A DNA stretch of 64,000 nt, from NCBI GenBank assembly GCA_949127735.1, contig CASBPX010000109.1, positions 19,627 to 83,626 on the forward strand, written 5' to 3'. Origin of the DNA: Candidatus Obscuribacterales bacterium (GTDB lineage: Bacteria; Cyanobacteriota; Vampirovibrionia; Obscuribacterales; Obscuribacteraceae). This document shows, piece by piece, positions 18,208 through 27,964 of the stretch. Below the pieces are notes generated by a model that saw only the letters and a program-made list of their open reading frames with translations, ran no database searches and was not told the DNA's origin. The position numbers were made by a program, and so were the translations under genes. Position 1 is the first letter of the stretch; the number at the start of each line of letters is the position of its first letter.

Positions 18208-19775
18208 TCAGTCGGCTCAACAATTTTAATTTGGGCTTCTTCTAAATCAAGTTCGTTTTGTAAAACACGAAAAGTCTGATCTTCAATGGCATTATCATCG
18301 CGCATGGCAATTAGCTTTTTTCTCTGGGCGTCAATTATGTCTATACGCAGTTTAGACCAGAGCTCTTCGTTAGCAGAGTCTTGCGCCTCTGCCCCGATAT
18401 TGGCAATGGCTTTTTCCAGGTGGCGATTGAGCAATCTTTGCATGCGCGGGTCGTCTAACTCCAGCTGCCGTTCTCGGGCGAGGGCGTCAATTGAACGCAC
18501 CGCTTCGCGAGAAAGAGCTAGCCGAAGTTTCCGCTCGGCTTCGTCAGAGTTATAGTTATCTGGCTCGAATTCAAAAATTTTGACTAAATAAGGCAATGTG
18601 ATACCTTGCATTAGCAAAGTAGATGATATTACTGCGATGGTCAGATAGATGAGCAAATCGCGGTAAGGGAACAAGTCGCCGTTGGTGCACGTTAATGGCA
18701 GTGCCAGGGCGGCAGCCAGTGATACCACTCCACGCATACCTGACCACGATAGAACAAACAAATGTTTCCAGTTCGGCGTTCTTTCCTTTTTCAGCCAGGC
18801 GTGTATTGGGGCTATCATAAATATCCAGGCAAAGCGCACCAGTATTGGTGCCAGTGCGGCAACGACGGTGGAAATAATAATCTGCTCAACAGGATACTTT
18901 TTCACTGTTTCGAGAATTGGCCTAAGCTGCAGGCCCATAAGCAGGAAAGAAAAACCGTTCAATATGTAGATCAGAGTTTCCCAATTGGCCGTGGCTTGTA
19001 AACGAGTTGAAGAATTCGACATTCTTGGTCCGTGCCATCCCAGGCAGAGCCCTGCGGTGACAACCGATAGCACACTGGAGACATGAACATGCTCAGCGGC
19101 AAGGTAAGCGATGAACGGCGAGAGCAGGGAGACGATAATTTCTACCGGACGATGTTCCAGTTTAGTGCGCAGCCGCGCGAGAACAAAACCAATGGCAAGA
19201 CCCACGGCAATGCCGCCCAGTGATACAAAGACGAAGCGCTCACCCGCTTGCGCCCACGAAAAAGCCCCCGTTACTGCTGCTGCTACAGCAAATTGATAGG
19301 CCACCAGTCCGGTAGCGTCATTGACTAGACTTTCGCCTTTGATAATGTCCATCACTCTTTTTGGTAAGTGAATTTCTTTAGATATAGCTGAAGCCGCCAC
19401 GGCGTCAGTAGGAGACACAATGGCACCCAGGGCGAATGCCGCAGCCCAGGGCAGACCTGCCACTGAATGCAAAGCCACCGCCACTGCTGCCACCGTAGCA
19501 AGTACCAGGCCCACGGCCTGCAGGGTGACCACGTCTGCTACATCTTTTAACTGTCGCCACGAAGTGTTATACGCATCTAAATATAGAAGCGGTGGCAAGA
19601 AAATGAAGAACACCGCATCCGGCTCGAGGTGAACAGGCGGAATATTCGGTGTAAGAGAAATCAGCATGCCCGTTACCACTAGAAGAATAGGCAAGGCAAT
19701 TTTCAACTTTTGCGAAAATGCGCCTACGATTCCGATAACGGTCAAAAGCGCTACAATTATTTCTACCTGGCGCAT
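18204..19775 (-). CDS. Na+/H+ antiporter, CPA1 family
   Basis: 523 aa, about 11-12 TM helices. Motifs GAIVSPTDAVAA, ESLVNDATGLV, WSGMRGVVSLAAAL. Cytoplasmic helical tail. Confidence 0.88.
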   Translation of the reverse strand: MRQVEIIVALLTVIGIVGAFSQKLKIALPILLVVTGMLISLTPNIPPVHLEPDAVFFIFLPPLLYLDAYNTSWRQLKDVADVVTLQAVGLVLATVAAVAVALHSVAGLPWAAAFALGAIVSPTDAVAASAISKEIHLPKRVMDIIKGESLVNDATGLVAYQFAVAAAVTGAFSWAQAGERFVFVSLGGIAVGLAIGFVLARLRTKLEHRPVEIIVSLLSPFIAYLAAEHVHVSSVLSVVTAGLCLGWHGPRMSNSSTRLQATANWETLIYILNGFSFLLMGLQLRPILETVKKYPVEQIIISTVVAALAPILVRFAWIFMIAPIHAWLKKERTPNWKHLFVLSWSGMRGVVSLAAALALPLTCTNGDLFPYRDLLIYLTIAVISSTLLMQGITLPYLVKIFEFEPDNYNSDEAERKLRLALSREAVRSIDALARERQLELDDPRMQRLLNRHLEKAIANIGAEAQDSANEELWSKLRIDIIDAQRKKLIAMRDDNAIEDQTFRVLQNELDLEEAQIKIVEPTE

Positions 19776-19786
19776 GACTTAACCAT

Positions 19787-20209
19787 TTAAATAGGCTTCA
19801 ATTCGGCCGCCAGACCCCACATTAAGAGCATGGCTAAAAGCGCCAGAACAATTGTCACCACCAGCGATACCGACCAGATTGACGACTTTGAGCTGCCTTG
19901 CAATTTTTTACGGAAACGCACATATTCAAGGGCGCCACCGATTAGAGTGGCTACTCCTAAAATCATCAGGCCAAAACCAATTTCGCGCGGGTAGGTCGAC
20001 TGAACTCCGTGTAAAACACCTTTTTCTATTAAATCGTAAACAAAGCGGGCTAGAGTAAAACCAAAACCAATCAGGGTGAGCGATGTGCGCACCCAGGCCA
20101 GCAAAGTTCTGTCTAAGGCCAGGGTGGCTTGAATTGACGAAAGCTCTATAGATGTAGGTGGCTGCGGCTGGTCTTCTGTATGCAAGCTCAAATCATCGCT
20201 GGGTGGCAC
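19787..20209 (-). CDS. DUF202 (YidH-like) membrane protein
   Basis: LALDRTLLAWVRTSLTLIGFGFTLARF motif and three TM helices. Lies 11 nt upstream of the antiporter. Confidence 0.7.
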   Translation of the reverse strand: MPPSDDLSLHTEDQPQPPTSIELSSIQATLALDRTLLAWVRTSLTLIGFGFTLARFVYDLIEKGVLHGVQSTYPREIGFGLMILGVATLIGGALEYVRFRKKLQGSSKSSIWSVSLVVTIVLALLAMLLMWGLAAELKPI

Positions 20210-20437
20210 TTCTAATAATCGTGACCACTAAAATAGCATATTAAGAGTGGTGATCAGCCTTGCCGGCGGCAGCAGTCTGGCCGTCTGCCCTGGCCCATTT
20301 TGTTCTCGCGGGCTCTTTTTGGTGTTAACAAGTCGGAAACATCTTCCCCTTGGCTAGGCTCTAAATTGGATACATCGACCGGCAATTGCCTGTTTCCACC
20401 CCAATCTTTACTAGAGTGCATACCCCACGCTCCGGAG

Positions 20438-21487
20438 ATGACCATGACATTCAGACAACCCCAAGAAGTAAGCAGATTCCAGGAATCCACCAATGACCGT
20501 TTTGATAACTGGGCTCATCAAGCCAGCAACGACGCCACCGACTTCTTCCGCGGTCAGAGCAGAGGCAATACCCCTGGCCGAATGGCCAATGACATGATGG
20601 ACCATCTCGAAATCACCCCGCTATTTGGCAATCAGAACAACGGTCGCGATAATAACTATCGCGGTGGTAACGACAGATATATGAATATGATCAATAGAAT
20701 TGATCCAGATCTTGCAGATATAGTCAGCCCTTGCCCACGTGGCTTTGATCAAAAGAAATGGTATGGTGGCCATCAATCGCCCGAATATACCATTGCTCGC
20801 GGCCTGGCCGGTAGCATGGACGAATTACGCAACATTCCTGACGCAGCCGGTCGCAGACAATTTGTTGGTGACTTGCTGGAAAGACAGGTGCCTGCCCTTG
20901 AGCGTCAGGGAGCCAGAGTCGATGCCATAGACGGCGATAGAATTAAAATTGATTTTGGCACCGGCCGCGGTGCACAGTGGATAGACACTGTACGTGATCT
21001 AAACGGACGACCTGAAGTGCAGTTAATCAACGTCACTTCTTTGATGAGAAACCAGGAAGCCCAGGGCAGGACGCCTAACTCCGACTCTGCTGTAAGACGA
21101 CCATCTGCAAATGATCGCTTACCGACACAAGACAGAGTTGAAGCACCAAAAGTGTTTGAAAAGGCACCATGCCCTCCTGGCTTCGATCCTGAAAAGTGGA
21201 ACAATGGTCACGATACACCTAAATATGTTGTCGGACACATGGTAGCTGACTGGCTGCAGCATGATCTGAAAACTCAACCACGGGAGGGGCAGAAAGCCCG
21301 TGCTGAGGAATTCCTTAAAAGCCAGGTGCCGTACCTCGAATCTAAAGGCTATAAAGTCAAAGATGTTCAAGGCGAGAAATTGCTGATTGACATAGGCTTT
21401 GGCACTGGTTATGGATGGGCAGACGTAATTGTCAATGTTGAAGGTAAGAACGCGAACGAAACGCCTCATGCATCGTGGCAAGTATAA
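20438..21487 (+). CDS. Hypothetical protein with an internal tandem duplication of a ~110-aa domain
   Basis: Two copies of CP(R/P)GFD..KW..GH..P.Y...Q..FL..QVP.LE..G..V....G.....D.G.G. The GGAG RBS favours ATG 20438 or 20444 over the ORF opening at 20300. Confidence 0.55.
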   Translation: MTMTFRQPQEVSRFQESTNDRFDNWAHQASNDATDFFRGQSRGNTPGRMANDMMDHLEITPLFGNQNNGRDNNYRGGNDRYMNMINRIDPDLADIVSPCPRGFDQKKWYGGHQSPEYTIARGLAGSMDELRNIPDAAGRRQFVGDLLERQVPALERQGARVDAIDGDRIKIDFGTGRGAQWIDTVRDLNGRPEVQLINVTSLMRNQEAQGRTPNSDSAVRRPSANDRLPTQDRVEAPKVFEKAPCPPGFDPEKWNNGHDTPKYVVGHMVADWLQHDLKTQPREGQKARAEEFLKSQVPYLESKGYKVKDVQGEKLLIDIGFGTGYGWADVIVNVEGKNANETPHASWQV

Positions 21488-21516
21488 ATTCAACAAATAG
21501 CTTTACTTCGTCGGGG

Positions 21517-22959
21517 TTAGTGAATAGGCAGTTGCATCCAGAAAAGGCTGCCGCTGCCGACTTCGCTTACTACACCAATTTTTCCGTGATGCGCTTCTAC
21601 AATAGCTTTGCAAATGGCCAGCCCGAGGCCACTGGTTCCGGCACCACCACCGTGAGCTTGTTTAAACCGATCGAAAACCGTAGCTAAAGCTTCGCGAGGA
21701 ATACCGCGGCCATGATCTTCGATTTTGATGCTGGCAAACTTTTTCTCATGAGCTAAAGTTACTGTGATCGTGCCACCACGAGGGGAATATTTGATGGCAT
21801 TAGAAAACAAATTGATAAACACTTGCATCATGCGCTCTCTATCAACGAATGCTTCAATGTGGCCGCCAAATATTTCAAACTTGATGCCCTTCAAGTCTGC
21901 CACCGCCTTCAGTGTGTCCGCACTGTGTATGGCTACTTCCGCCAGATCGGTGGTTTGTAAATTCATTTCCATCATGCCCGCTTCGATTTTTTCAATGTCT
22001 AGCAATTCGTTGATCAAAGATAAAAGTCGATCACATTCTCTTTGTGCCGCTTCCAGTCTAACTTTACCTTTGTCTGTGATCTCACCGTATAGGCCGCTCT
22101 CAACCAGCTCAATAGCGCCTTGAATAGCCGAAAGCGGGCTGCGCAAATCGTGGCTGACCATTGCAACGAAAGCTTGTTTTGTTTCTTCCGCCGCATTGAG
22201 TTCTTCGGCCATTTTACGAAAGGCAGCGTCAACTTCCGCCACTTCGTCATTACCGGCGATAGGCGGCAATAGTGATTTGCGGGCGACGAAACGACTGGCG
22301 TTTTCGTTTAAAATTTGCAACCTTGCCGCAATATCGCGACTGAAGAATGTCACGACGCCCACTGAGAATGCAAGATTTAGAAGTACGCCCGCTAAAATAT
22401 AGAGGCGTATTTCTTGTTTGCGAGATTCTTCGTTTTGCGGTACGTGCTCTTGAATTTTTCTTTCTTCATTAGTTAGAGTGTGCAGTTCGTCTACATAGGT
22501 TTTGAACGACCCTTCAATTTGCTGGCGAAATTTTCCAAACTGAAAATGATAGACATCTTGCGGCGTTTCTTTAATGCGCTTTTTGTGCCACAGCATTACT
22601 TCTACAACTCTGGCAGCTTGAGCTTGTACTTCTTTGAGCTGGCCGGCACGAGAGGCATCATCTTTCATTAGCTCTTTTAATCGTGCCGCTCTTTCAGGAA
22701 TGACAGCAAGAGATTTATCCAGCCGTTCTTCAAGGCCGTCGGTGCGCATATAATTCCAGGCTATAATGGCGCTACCGGCGTCGAACAGATCTCGTTGGGC
22801 GTGATTAGCTTCGGCAATAATGGCTCGCGAGCGCGACTCACGACTGGCTGTCGCTTCCGCATTTTCCAGCATCACGCCCAAAACAAAAAGGTAAATCAGG
22901 CCCAGCACCAGCGGCACTGCAGCCATAAGCAAACCTTTTTTTGCCACCGAAAGTCGCAC
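21517..22959 (-). CDS. Sensor histidine kinase (CHASE3-like sensor, HAMP, HisKA, HATPase_c)
   Basis: N-terminal TM helix, helical periplasmic domain, second TM helix. H-box SHDLRSPLSAI, N-box NLFSNAIKYSP, G1 DHGRGIP, G2 GTSGLGLAICK. Confidence 0.9.
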   Translation of the reverse strand: MRLSVAKKGLLMAAVPLVLGLIYLFVLGVMLENAEATASRESRSRAIIAEANHAQRDLFDAGSAIIAWNYMRTDGLEERLDKSLAVIPERAARLKELMKDDASRAGQLKEVQAQAARVVEVMLWHKKRIKETPQDVYHFQFGKFRQQIEGSFKTYVDELHTLTNEERKIQEHVPQNEESRKQEIRLYILAGVLLNLAFSVGVVTFFSRDIAARLQILNENASRFVARKSLLPPIAGNDEVAEVDAAFRKMAEELNAAEETKQAFVAMVSHDLRSPLSAIQGAIELVESGLYGEITDKGKVRLEAAQRECDRLLSLINELLDIEKIEAGMMEMNLQTTDLAEVAIHSADTLKAVADLKGIKFEIFGGHIEAFVDRERMMQVFINLFSNAIKYSPRGGTITVTLAHEKKFASIKIEDHGRGIPREALATVFDRFKQAHGGGAGTSGLGLAICKAIVEAHHGKIGVVSEVGSGSLFWMQLPIH

Positions 22960-23034
22960 GCGAGTTCCTGAATAAGATAGAAATGCCTGTAATATAATGT
23001 CATTGTGCCCAGTCGAGCCAGCGTCGAGCCAGCG

Positions 23035-23706
23035 ATGATTAAAATTCTATTTGCCGAAGACGAACAAAAGCTAGCCGACCTTGTCATCGACTATCTTTCA
23101 GCCGAAGGCTATCAAGTTGAACACGCCACCAGCGGGCCCGTGGCCTTAAAGCGCCTCGAGAGTGCGGACTATGACGTGCTGATTCTCGATATTGGCTTGC
23201 CGGCAATTTCAGGCTTTGAAGTTTGCCGCATCTATCGTGAACGGGGCGGCAGTGCGCCGATAATTTTTCTCACCGGACAGAATAGTCTGGCAGATAAAGA
23301 GCGTGGCCTTGATCTCGGAGCCGACGATTATCTGACCAAGCCATTCCATATTCGGGAGCTGGGCGCGCGTTTGCGGGCAATAACAAGACGCTCGCGCACC
23401 AACGTTTCTGCACGGCTGGAGATAGCCGATCTGGCTTTAGATTCTGCCACTCATACAGTCACCAAGGGTGGTGTGCCTTTACAGCTAATGCCGCGCGAAT
23501 ATGCGCTGCTTGATTTTCTCATGCGCAATCCTAATCGTACTTTCAGTCAAAACGATCTGCTTGATCAAGTCTGGACCAAAGAAAGTGAAGCCTCACCTGA
23601 CACAGTGCGAGTGCACGTAACTAAATTGCGAGCGAAGATTGACAGCCCTGGCGTTGAATCAATTATTAAGACTGTTCACCGCGTGGGCTACAAGCTAGAG
23701 GCCTGA
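23035..23706 (+). CDS. OmpR/PhoB-family response regulator
   Basis: Receiver domain (ILFAEDE, LILDIGLP, TKPF) and winged-helix output domain (LT.REYALLDFL, VRVHVTKLRAKI, TVHRVGYKL). Divergent from the kinase gene. Confidence 0.92.
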   Translation: MIKILFAEDEQKLADLVIDYLSAEGYQVEHATSGPVALKRLESADYDVLILDIGLPAISGFEVCRIYRERGGSAPIIFLTGQNSLADKERGLDLGADDYLTKPFHIRELGARLRAITRRSRTNVSARLEIADLALDSATHTVTKGGVPLQLMPREYALLDFLMRNPNRTFSQNDLLDQVWTKESEASPDTVRVHVTKLRAKIDSPGVESIIKTVHRVGYKLEA

Positions 23707-23730
23707 ATTTCGACGGTTGGCAAGAGCAGG

Positions 23731-23768
23731 CTTTGGCTAAGTTTCGCAGCCTTTGACTAAGTTTCGCT
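23731..23768 (+). repeat. Tandem direct repeat, two 18-nt copies at 20-bp period
   Basis: ctttggctaagtttcgca / ctttgactaagtttcgct in the intergenic region between the response regulator and glnS. Confidence 0.85.
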
Positions 23769-23784
23769 ACTAGTCAGCAGGTAG

Positions 23785-23806
23785 AGGCCGTCGGCCTGGC
23801 TTTTTT
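23785..23806 (+). terminator. Short GC hairpin plus T6, putative terminator of the response-regulator gene
   Basis: aggcc-gtc-ggcct followed by ggcttttttgg. The stem is only 5 bp. Confidence 0.4.
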
Positions 23807-23863
23807 GGAGTAAAATAGCAAGTTCATCAGGCAGATAATATTTTTAATCAGGGACAACTAATC

Positions 23864-25585
23864 GTGAATTCTCCAGTAACCGCACCGGCTAAACCCAGCG
23901 ACTTCATTCGCGACATCATTAACGATGATCTGGAAGCAAAGCGACACGATAGAGTAATTACGCGTTTTCCCCCTGAGCCAAACGGTTTTTTGCATATTGG
24001 TCATGCCAAGTCTATATGTTTAAATTTCGGCCTGGCCCTGGAATATCGCGACAAGCTTCCTGCGAGTGGCACCCGCTGCCATTTGCGTTTCGACGATACC
24101 GATCCGGCTAAAGAAGACACTTTGTTTGAAGACGGCATTCAAGCCGACGTGCGCTGGCTTGGATTTGAATGGGACGGGCTCTATCACGCCAGTGATTATT
24201 TCGAAAAAATGTATCAGTACGGCGAGCAACTGATTTCAGCTGGCAAAGCTTATGTTTGCAGTTTGAGCGATGCTGAGACCAAGGCCCATCGCGGCGACGT
24301 GAAGACACCAGGTACGAATAGCCCCTATCGTGAACGCAGCGTGGAGGAAAATTTAGATCTCTTCCGCCGTATGCGCGGTGGTGAATTTAAAGACGGCGAA
24401 CATGTTTTGCGCGCCAAAATTGATATGGCTAATGCCAACATGAAAATGCGCGATCCTATGCTCTACCGCATTCGCCACACGGCGCACCACATGACCGGCG
24501 ACAGCTGGTGCATTTATCCCATGTACGATTACGCTCACCCTATTTCTGATGCTATTGAAGGAATTACTCACAGCATTTGCACCCTTGAATTTGAAAACAA
24601 TCGCGAACTTTACGATTGGGTAATCGATAATTTGATTGAACATGCCAAATTCCCCAGCCGCCCTCATCAGTACGAATTTGCCAGGTTGTCTCTAAACTAC
24701 ACAGTGCTGAGCAAACGCCGCTTGCAAGAGCTGGTTGAAGGCAAGCATGTCAGTGGTTGGGATGACCCGCGGTTGCCCACCATCGCCGGCCTGAGAAGGC
24801 GAGGCTACACCCCTGAGAGCATTCGCGCATTCTGTGCCAGCGTTGGTATCTCCAAAGCGAACAGTACAGTAGATATGGCGCAGCTTGAATTTTCGATTCG
24901 CGATGACCTCAACCAAAAGGCACCGCGTGTGCTGGCAGTTTTAAAGCCACTAAAGGTGGTGATTGAAAATTATCCGGACGACCTGGTAGAAGAGCTTGAT
25001 GCTGCCTACTGGCCGCACGATGTGCCTAAAGAAGGTTCGCGCAAGGTGCCTTTCTGCAAAGAAATTTTTATCGAGCAAGATGACTTTATGCTTGACCCGC
25101 CTAAAGATTACTTCCGTCTGGCACCAGGAAAAGAAGTGCGTCTTCGTTACGCACATTTGATTACTTGCAAGGAAGTAGTTAAAGATCAAGATGGCAACGT
25201 TACCGAAATTCGCTGCACTTATGATACTGAAACCAAGCCGGGAGATAATCCTGTCGGTCGCAAGGTCAAAGGCACCATTCACTGGGTGAGCGCGCGCCAT
25301 GCTGTTGACGCTGAAATTAGACTGTACGATCGACTGCTTTCAGAAGAAGCACCACCAACAGGAAAAGACAGTGAGTTTCTCAATGTGGTTAACCCGAGTG
25401 CACTGCAGGTGCTCACCGGCTGCAAATTAGAGCGCAGTCTGGCGGATGCAAAACCTACTGAGCGTTTTCAGTTTGAGCGCCAGGGATATTTTATTGCTGA
25501 TGAAAAAGATTGCCATCCTGGTGCGCCTGTTTTCAATCGCATCGTCACGCTGAAAGATTCATGGGCTCGCTCACAGAAAAAATAG
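23864..25585 (+). CDS. glnS: Glutaminyl-tRNA synthetase
   Basis: GTG start. [16 protein letters not shown] (HIGH motif), VLSKR (KMSKS-class motif), [20 protein letters not shown]. 573 aa. Confidence 0.93.
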   Translation: MNSPVTAPAKPSDFIRDIINDDLEAKRHDRVITRFPPEPNGFLHIGHAKSICLNFGLALEYRDKLPASGTRCHLRFDDTDPAKEDTLFEDGIQADVRWLGFEWDGLYHASDYFEKMYQYGEQLISAGKAYVCSLSDAETKAHRGDVKTPGTNSPYRERSVEENLDLFRRMRGGEFKDGEHVLRAKIDMANANMKMRDPMLYRIRHTAHHMTGDSWCIYPMYDYAHPISDAIEGITHSICTLEFENNRELYDWVIDNLIEHAKFPSRPHQYEFARLSLNYTVLSKRRLQELVEGKHVSGWDDPRLPTIAGLRRRGYTPESIRAFCASVGISKANSTVDMAQLEFSIRDDLNQKAPRVLAVLKPLKVVIENYPDDLVEELDAAYWPHDVPKEGSRKVPFCKEIFIEQDDFMLDPPKDYFRLAPGKEVRLRYAHLITCKEVVKDQDGNVTEIRCTYDTETKPGDNPVGRKVKGTIHWVSARHAVDAEIRLYDRLLSEEAPPTGKDSEFLNVVNPSALQVLTGCKLERSLADAKPTERFQFERQGYFIADEKDCHPGAPVFNRIVTLKDSWARSQKK

Positions 25586-25618
25586 TCTGAATATTAGACT
25601 TTTAGTTCAGACTTTTTC
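25584..25618 (+). terminator. Hairpin plus T-run after glnS, overlapping the 3' end of the convergent gene
   Basis: agtctgaa ... ttcagact (8 bp, 14-nt loop) followed by tttt. Confidence 0.45.
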
Positions 25619-26933
25619 GCGTTTTTTTCAGCTCATCCCAGTGTGCGTTAATGACGCCTGCTGCTTTTTCTAGGTCGATGGCTTCGCGTTCTCTGTCGGT
25701 GCTTTTAAGGTAAGTGGCGTATCTTAAATAGATAAACGCCAGGCGCGGATGCTGTTCGCCCAGACAGTTCTTAGCAATGGCAACCGACTTAGTAAAGTAA
25801 CCATCTGCGGTGCCGGTCTCTTTTAAGGCGCCGTAGAGCGAGCCTAAGTCAAGGTAAACAGATGACCACTCCGGATCTTTAGCGGTCATGTGTTTTGTCT
25901 TGCCGACCAGGGCTTCCAGTAGATGGGTTTTAGCCGACTGCACCTCACCCAGTGAGAGTTCGGACGAGCCCAGGTTTTGCAGCGTAGTCGCCCTCAAAAG
26001 ACCATCGCGAAATCCGAGATTGTCTAAGCTGAGCAATGCTTTTTTAGCTTCATCGAGAGCCTCATGATAGCGACCGAGATAGATCAAGTAGTCGGCAATA
26101 TTTGAGCGAGCAATGGCTACAGAATTAGTTTCTTTACCACCACTGGCTGCCAACTTCAATTTAAAGGAACGCCTGGCACATTGTAAAGCCTGCTCGTAGT
26201 CTGCTGCATATGAATAGGCGAGAGAAAGATTGTTGTAGGCGATGGCCTGAAGCTGGTTGTGATAAGGGTTTGCGCTGTCCAAAGTATTTACTGCTCTGAT
26301 ACCGGTTTCTATCGACTCTTCAATTAAACCTTGTTTGACGAATGTGCTGCACATGTCGATCATGGCCGCGGCTTTAACAGCCGCATCAGATTGGCCTGAT
26401 TCAATTATTGCTAGTGTTTCTTCTGCATATTTTCGCGCTTCGGCGTAATTACCTTCCTGATGCGCTATTTCAGCCAAAAAAGTGAGACCAGAGCTGAGAT
26501 TGGCTAGCGGAACGGTATCACTGTTGGCCCGAAACTCTTGAACCATAGCGGTAGTATACTTTTTCGCCTCAGCTCGTCTCTCCAGACCAGATAGAAATGC
26601 CGCCACCATCACTTTTCTGCCCGGAGCTCCTGCTGTTAGGGCTGTGTGCGGCAAAACTGAATTGATTTTGTCCACAAACACTGCAATCGATTCCAAAAAT
26701 AAACCCAGAGTGTAAGAAATCTTTTGCCCAGTGCTTGAAGCCTGAAGACCGATGGTCAAAAGAATTACGCTGAACAGGTGCAAAATACTGGGCAGGGCAA
26801 ACCATGAGAGCAAAATGTCGAGGCTCAGGGCCAATTGAGCAAATTGACTATAAGCAGCTGAGCGCACTGTGAGCCATATTACTACTAGAGTAATGATAAC
26901 AATGACTGAACTGATCTCGTTTTTCTGGTTCAA
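25602..26933 (-). CDS. Membrane protein with C-terminal TPR repeats
   Basis: About four N-terminal TM helices, then repeated TPR-like units (A..Y..A......G.Y.EA). Confidence 0.65.
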   Translation of the reverse strand: MNQKNEISSVIVIITLVVIWLTVRSAAYSQFAQLALSLDILLSWFALPSILHLFSVILLTIGLQASSTGQKISYTLGLFLESIAVFVDKINSVLPHTALTAGAPGRKVMVAAFLSGLERRAEAKKYTTAMVQEFRANSDTVPLANLSSGLTFLAEIAHQEGNYAEARKYAEETLAIIESGQSDAAVKAAAMIDMCSTFVKQGLIEESIETGIRAVNTLDSANPYHNQLQAIAYNNLSLAYSYAADYEQALQCARRSFKLKLAASGGKETNSVAIARSNIADYLIYLGRYHEALDEAKKALLSLDNLGFRDGLLRATTLQNLGSSELSLGEVQSAKTHLLEALVGKTKHMTAKDPEWSSVYLDLGSLYGALKETGTADGYFTKSVAIAKNCLGEQHPRLAFIYLRYATYLKSTDREREAIDLEKAAGVINAHWDELKKTRKSLN

Positions 26934-27248
26934 CTGCGCAACTTTTTATGTAATCTCCATTGCATATATACCCAAACTCAAAAGCCACTTTTTCAGCCCA
27001 AAAGACCGTAAAATGGCTATTGGTGAGCTTTCGAATGCTCAATATGTCGAGCGGCCAAATTAATGGAGCATTCCGGTGAAATATAGAAGTGCTACGACGC
27101 CGGTTGGCACGCCCATAAACCAAAGTATTGCTGCTTTTCCCATGATCCTTAAATCTCCAATTATTTTCCTGAAACTACAGCGCAAGCGACGGCACCACCT
27201 GGGCAAAAGTTCCATTTTTATCCGGACTACTCGAGGAACTATTTTTCA

Positions 27249-27605
27249 TTATTTCTCTTGATTTTTCATCTCAGCAACGCCCAGTTTGAGCAACTTACCC
27301 AGTTGTGTAAAACCGATGGCCAGGTCATCGCAAGTGGCAGCAAGCTTTTTACGATCCACTGATTCTCCAATTAAACCTAGACCTGTGAATACCTGTTCCA
27401 CACCAGTGGCTAATTTCGGAAAATCAGTAGACTCAATAGAGTCTTTGAGCTTTTCACCCACCCTATTTACTACTGCCATTATTTGGTCAACGTCTTTTAC
27501 ACCGTCTTTGTCTAAGTCTAATTGCTTGAGCTCCGCCAAGCGTTCTTTGACATAATCGCGCGCCGAGTCAACTGCCACCGCTGTTAGTGTTCTTTTAATT
27601 AGCAT
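27249..27605 (-). CDS. Hypothetical protein (118 aa)
   Basis: Helical protein with an EF-hand-like loop (LDLDKDGVKDVDQI). No family recognised. Confidence 0.45.
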   Translation of the reverse strand: MLIKRTLTAVAVDSARDYVKERLAELKQLDLDKDGVKDVDQIMAVVNRVGEKLKDSIESTDFPKLATGVEQVFTGLGLIGESVDRKKLAATCDDLAIGFTQLGKLLKLGVAEMKNQEK

Positions 27606-27729
27606 TTTTATACTCCTGTATTTGCAATGCGCGTTCTATTTCGTTAATTGAGTTTTACCCCGGGAAAATTAGCCTTCAATAATTTCTGGCAGCTAAGCCA
27701 GCTTTGCTCATATATCAACTCAGAGAATT

Positions 27730-27915
27730 TTAAAAGTATTGCCGATCATGGTGCCCGGGCCAGCTGGTGCAATTGCAGCAGCTGAAGATGTATTGTTCAT
27801 CGGAGTAGCAAATTGTTTTTTCTGCACTCGAGAGACAGTGAGATTTCTCGTTGATTTTTTTCAATGCCACTGCAGGCTTGCCACAAGTTTCACAATAACT
27901 TGACTGATCAGCCAT
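27730..27915 (-). CDS. Small Cys-rich hypothetical protein (61 aa)
   Basis: AAGGA RBS 7 nt upstream. 8 Cys, including CETCGKP and CCNC. Confidence 0.35.
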   Translation of the reverse strand: MADQSSYCETCGKPAVALKKINEKSHCLSSAEKTICYSDEQYIFSCCNCTSWPGHHDRQYF

Positions 27916-27964
27916 GAAACATCCTTTGAGGATGCTTATTATAGCTCTTTGGTCACACTATTGA

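Noticed and set aside
22960-23034. TATAAT box at 22993-22998 as the promoter of the response-regulator gene
   Set aside because: The -10 hexamer is perfect but no acceptable -35 lies at 16-19 bp, and the sigma-factor specificity of this organism is unknown. This is too weak to annotate.
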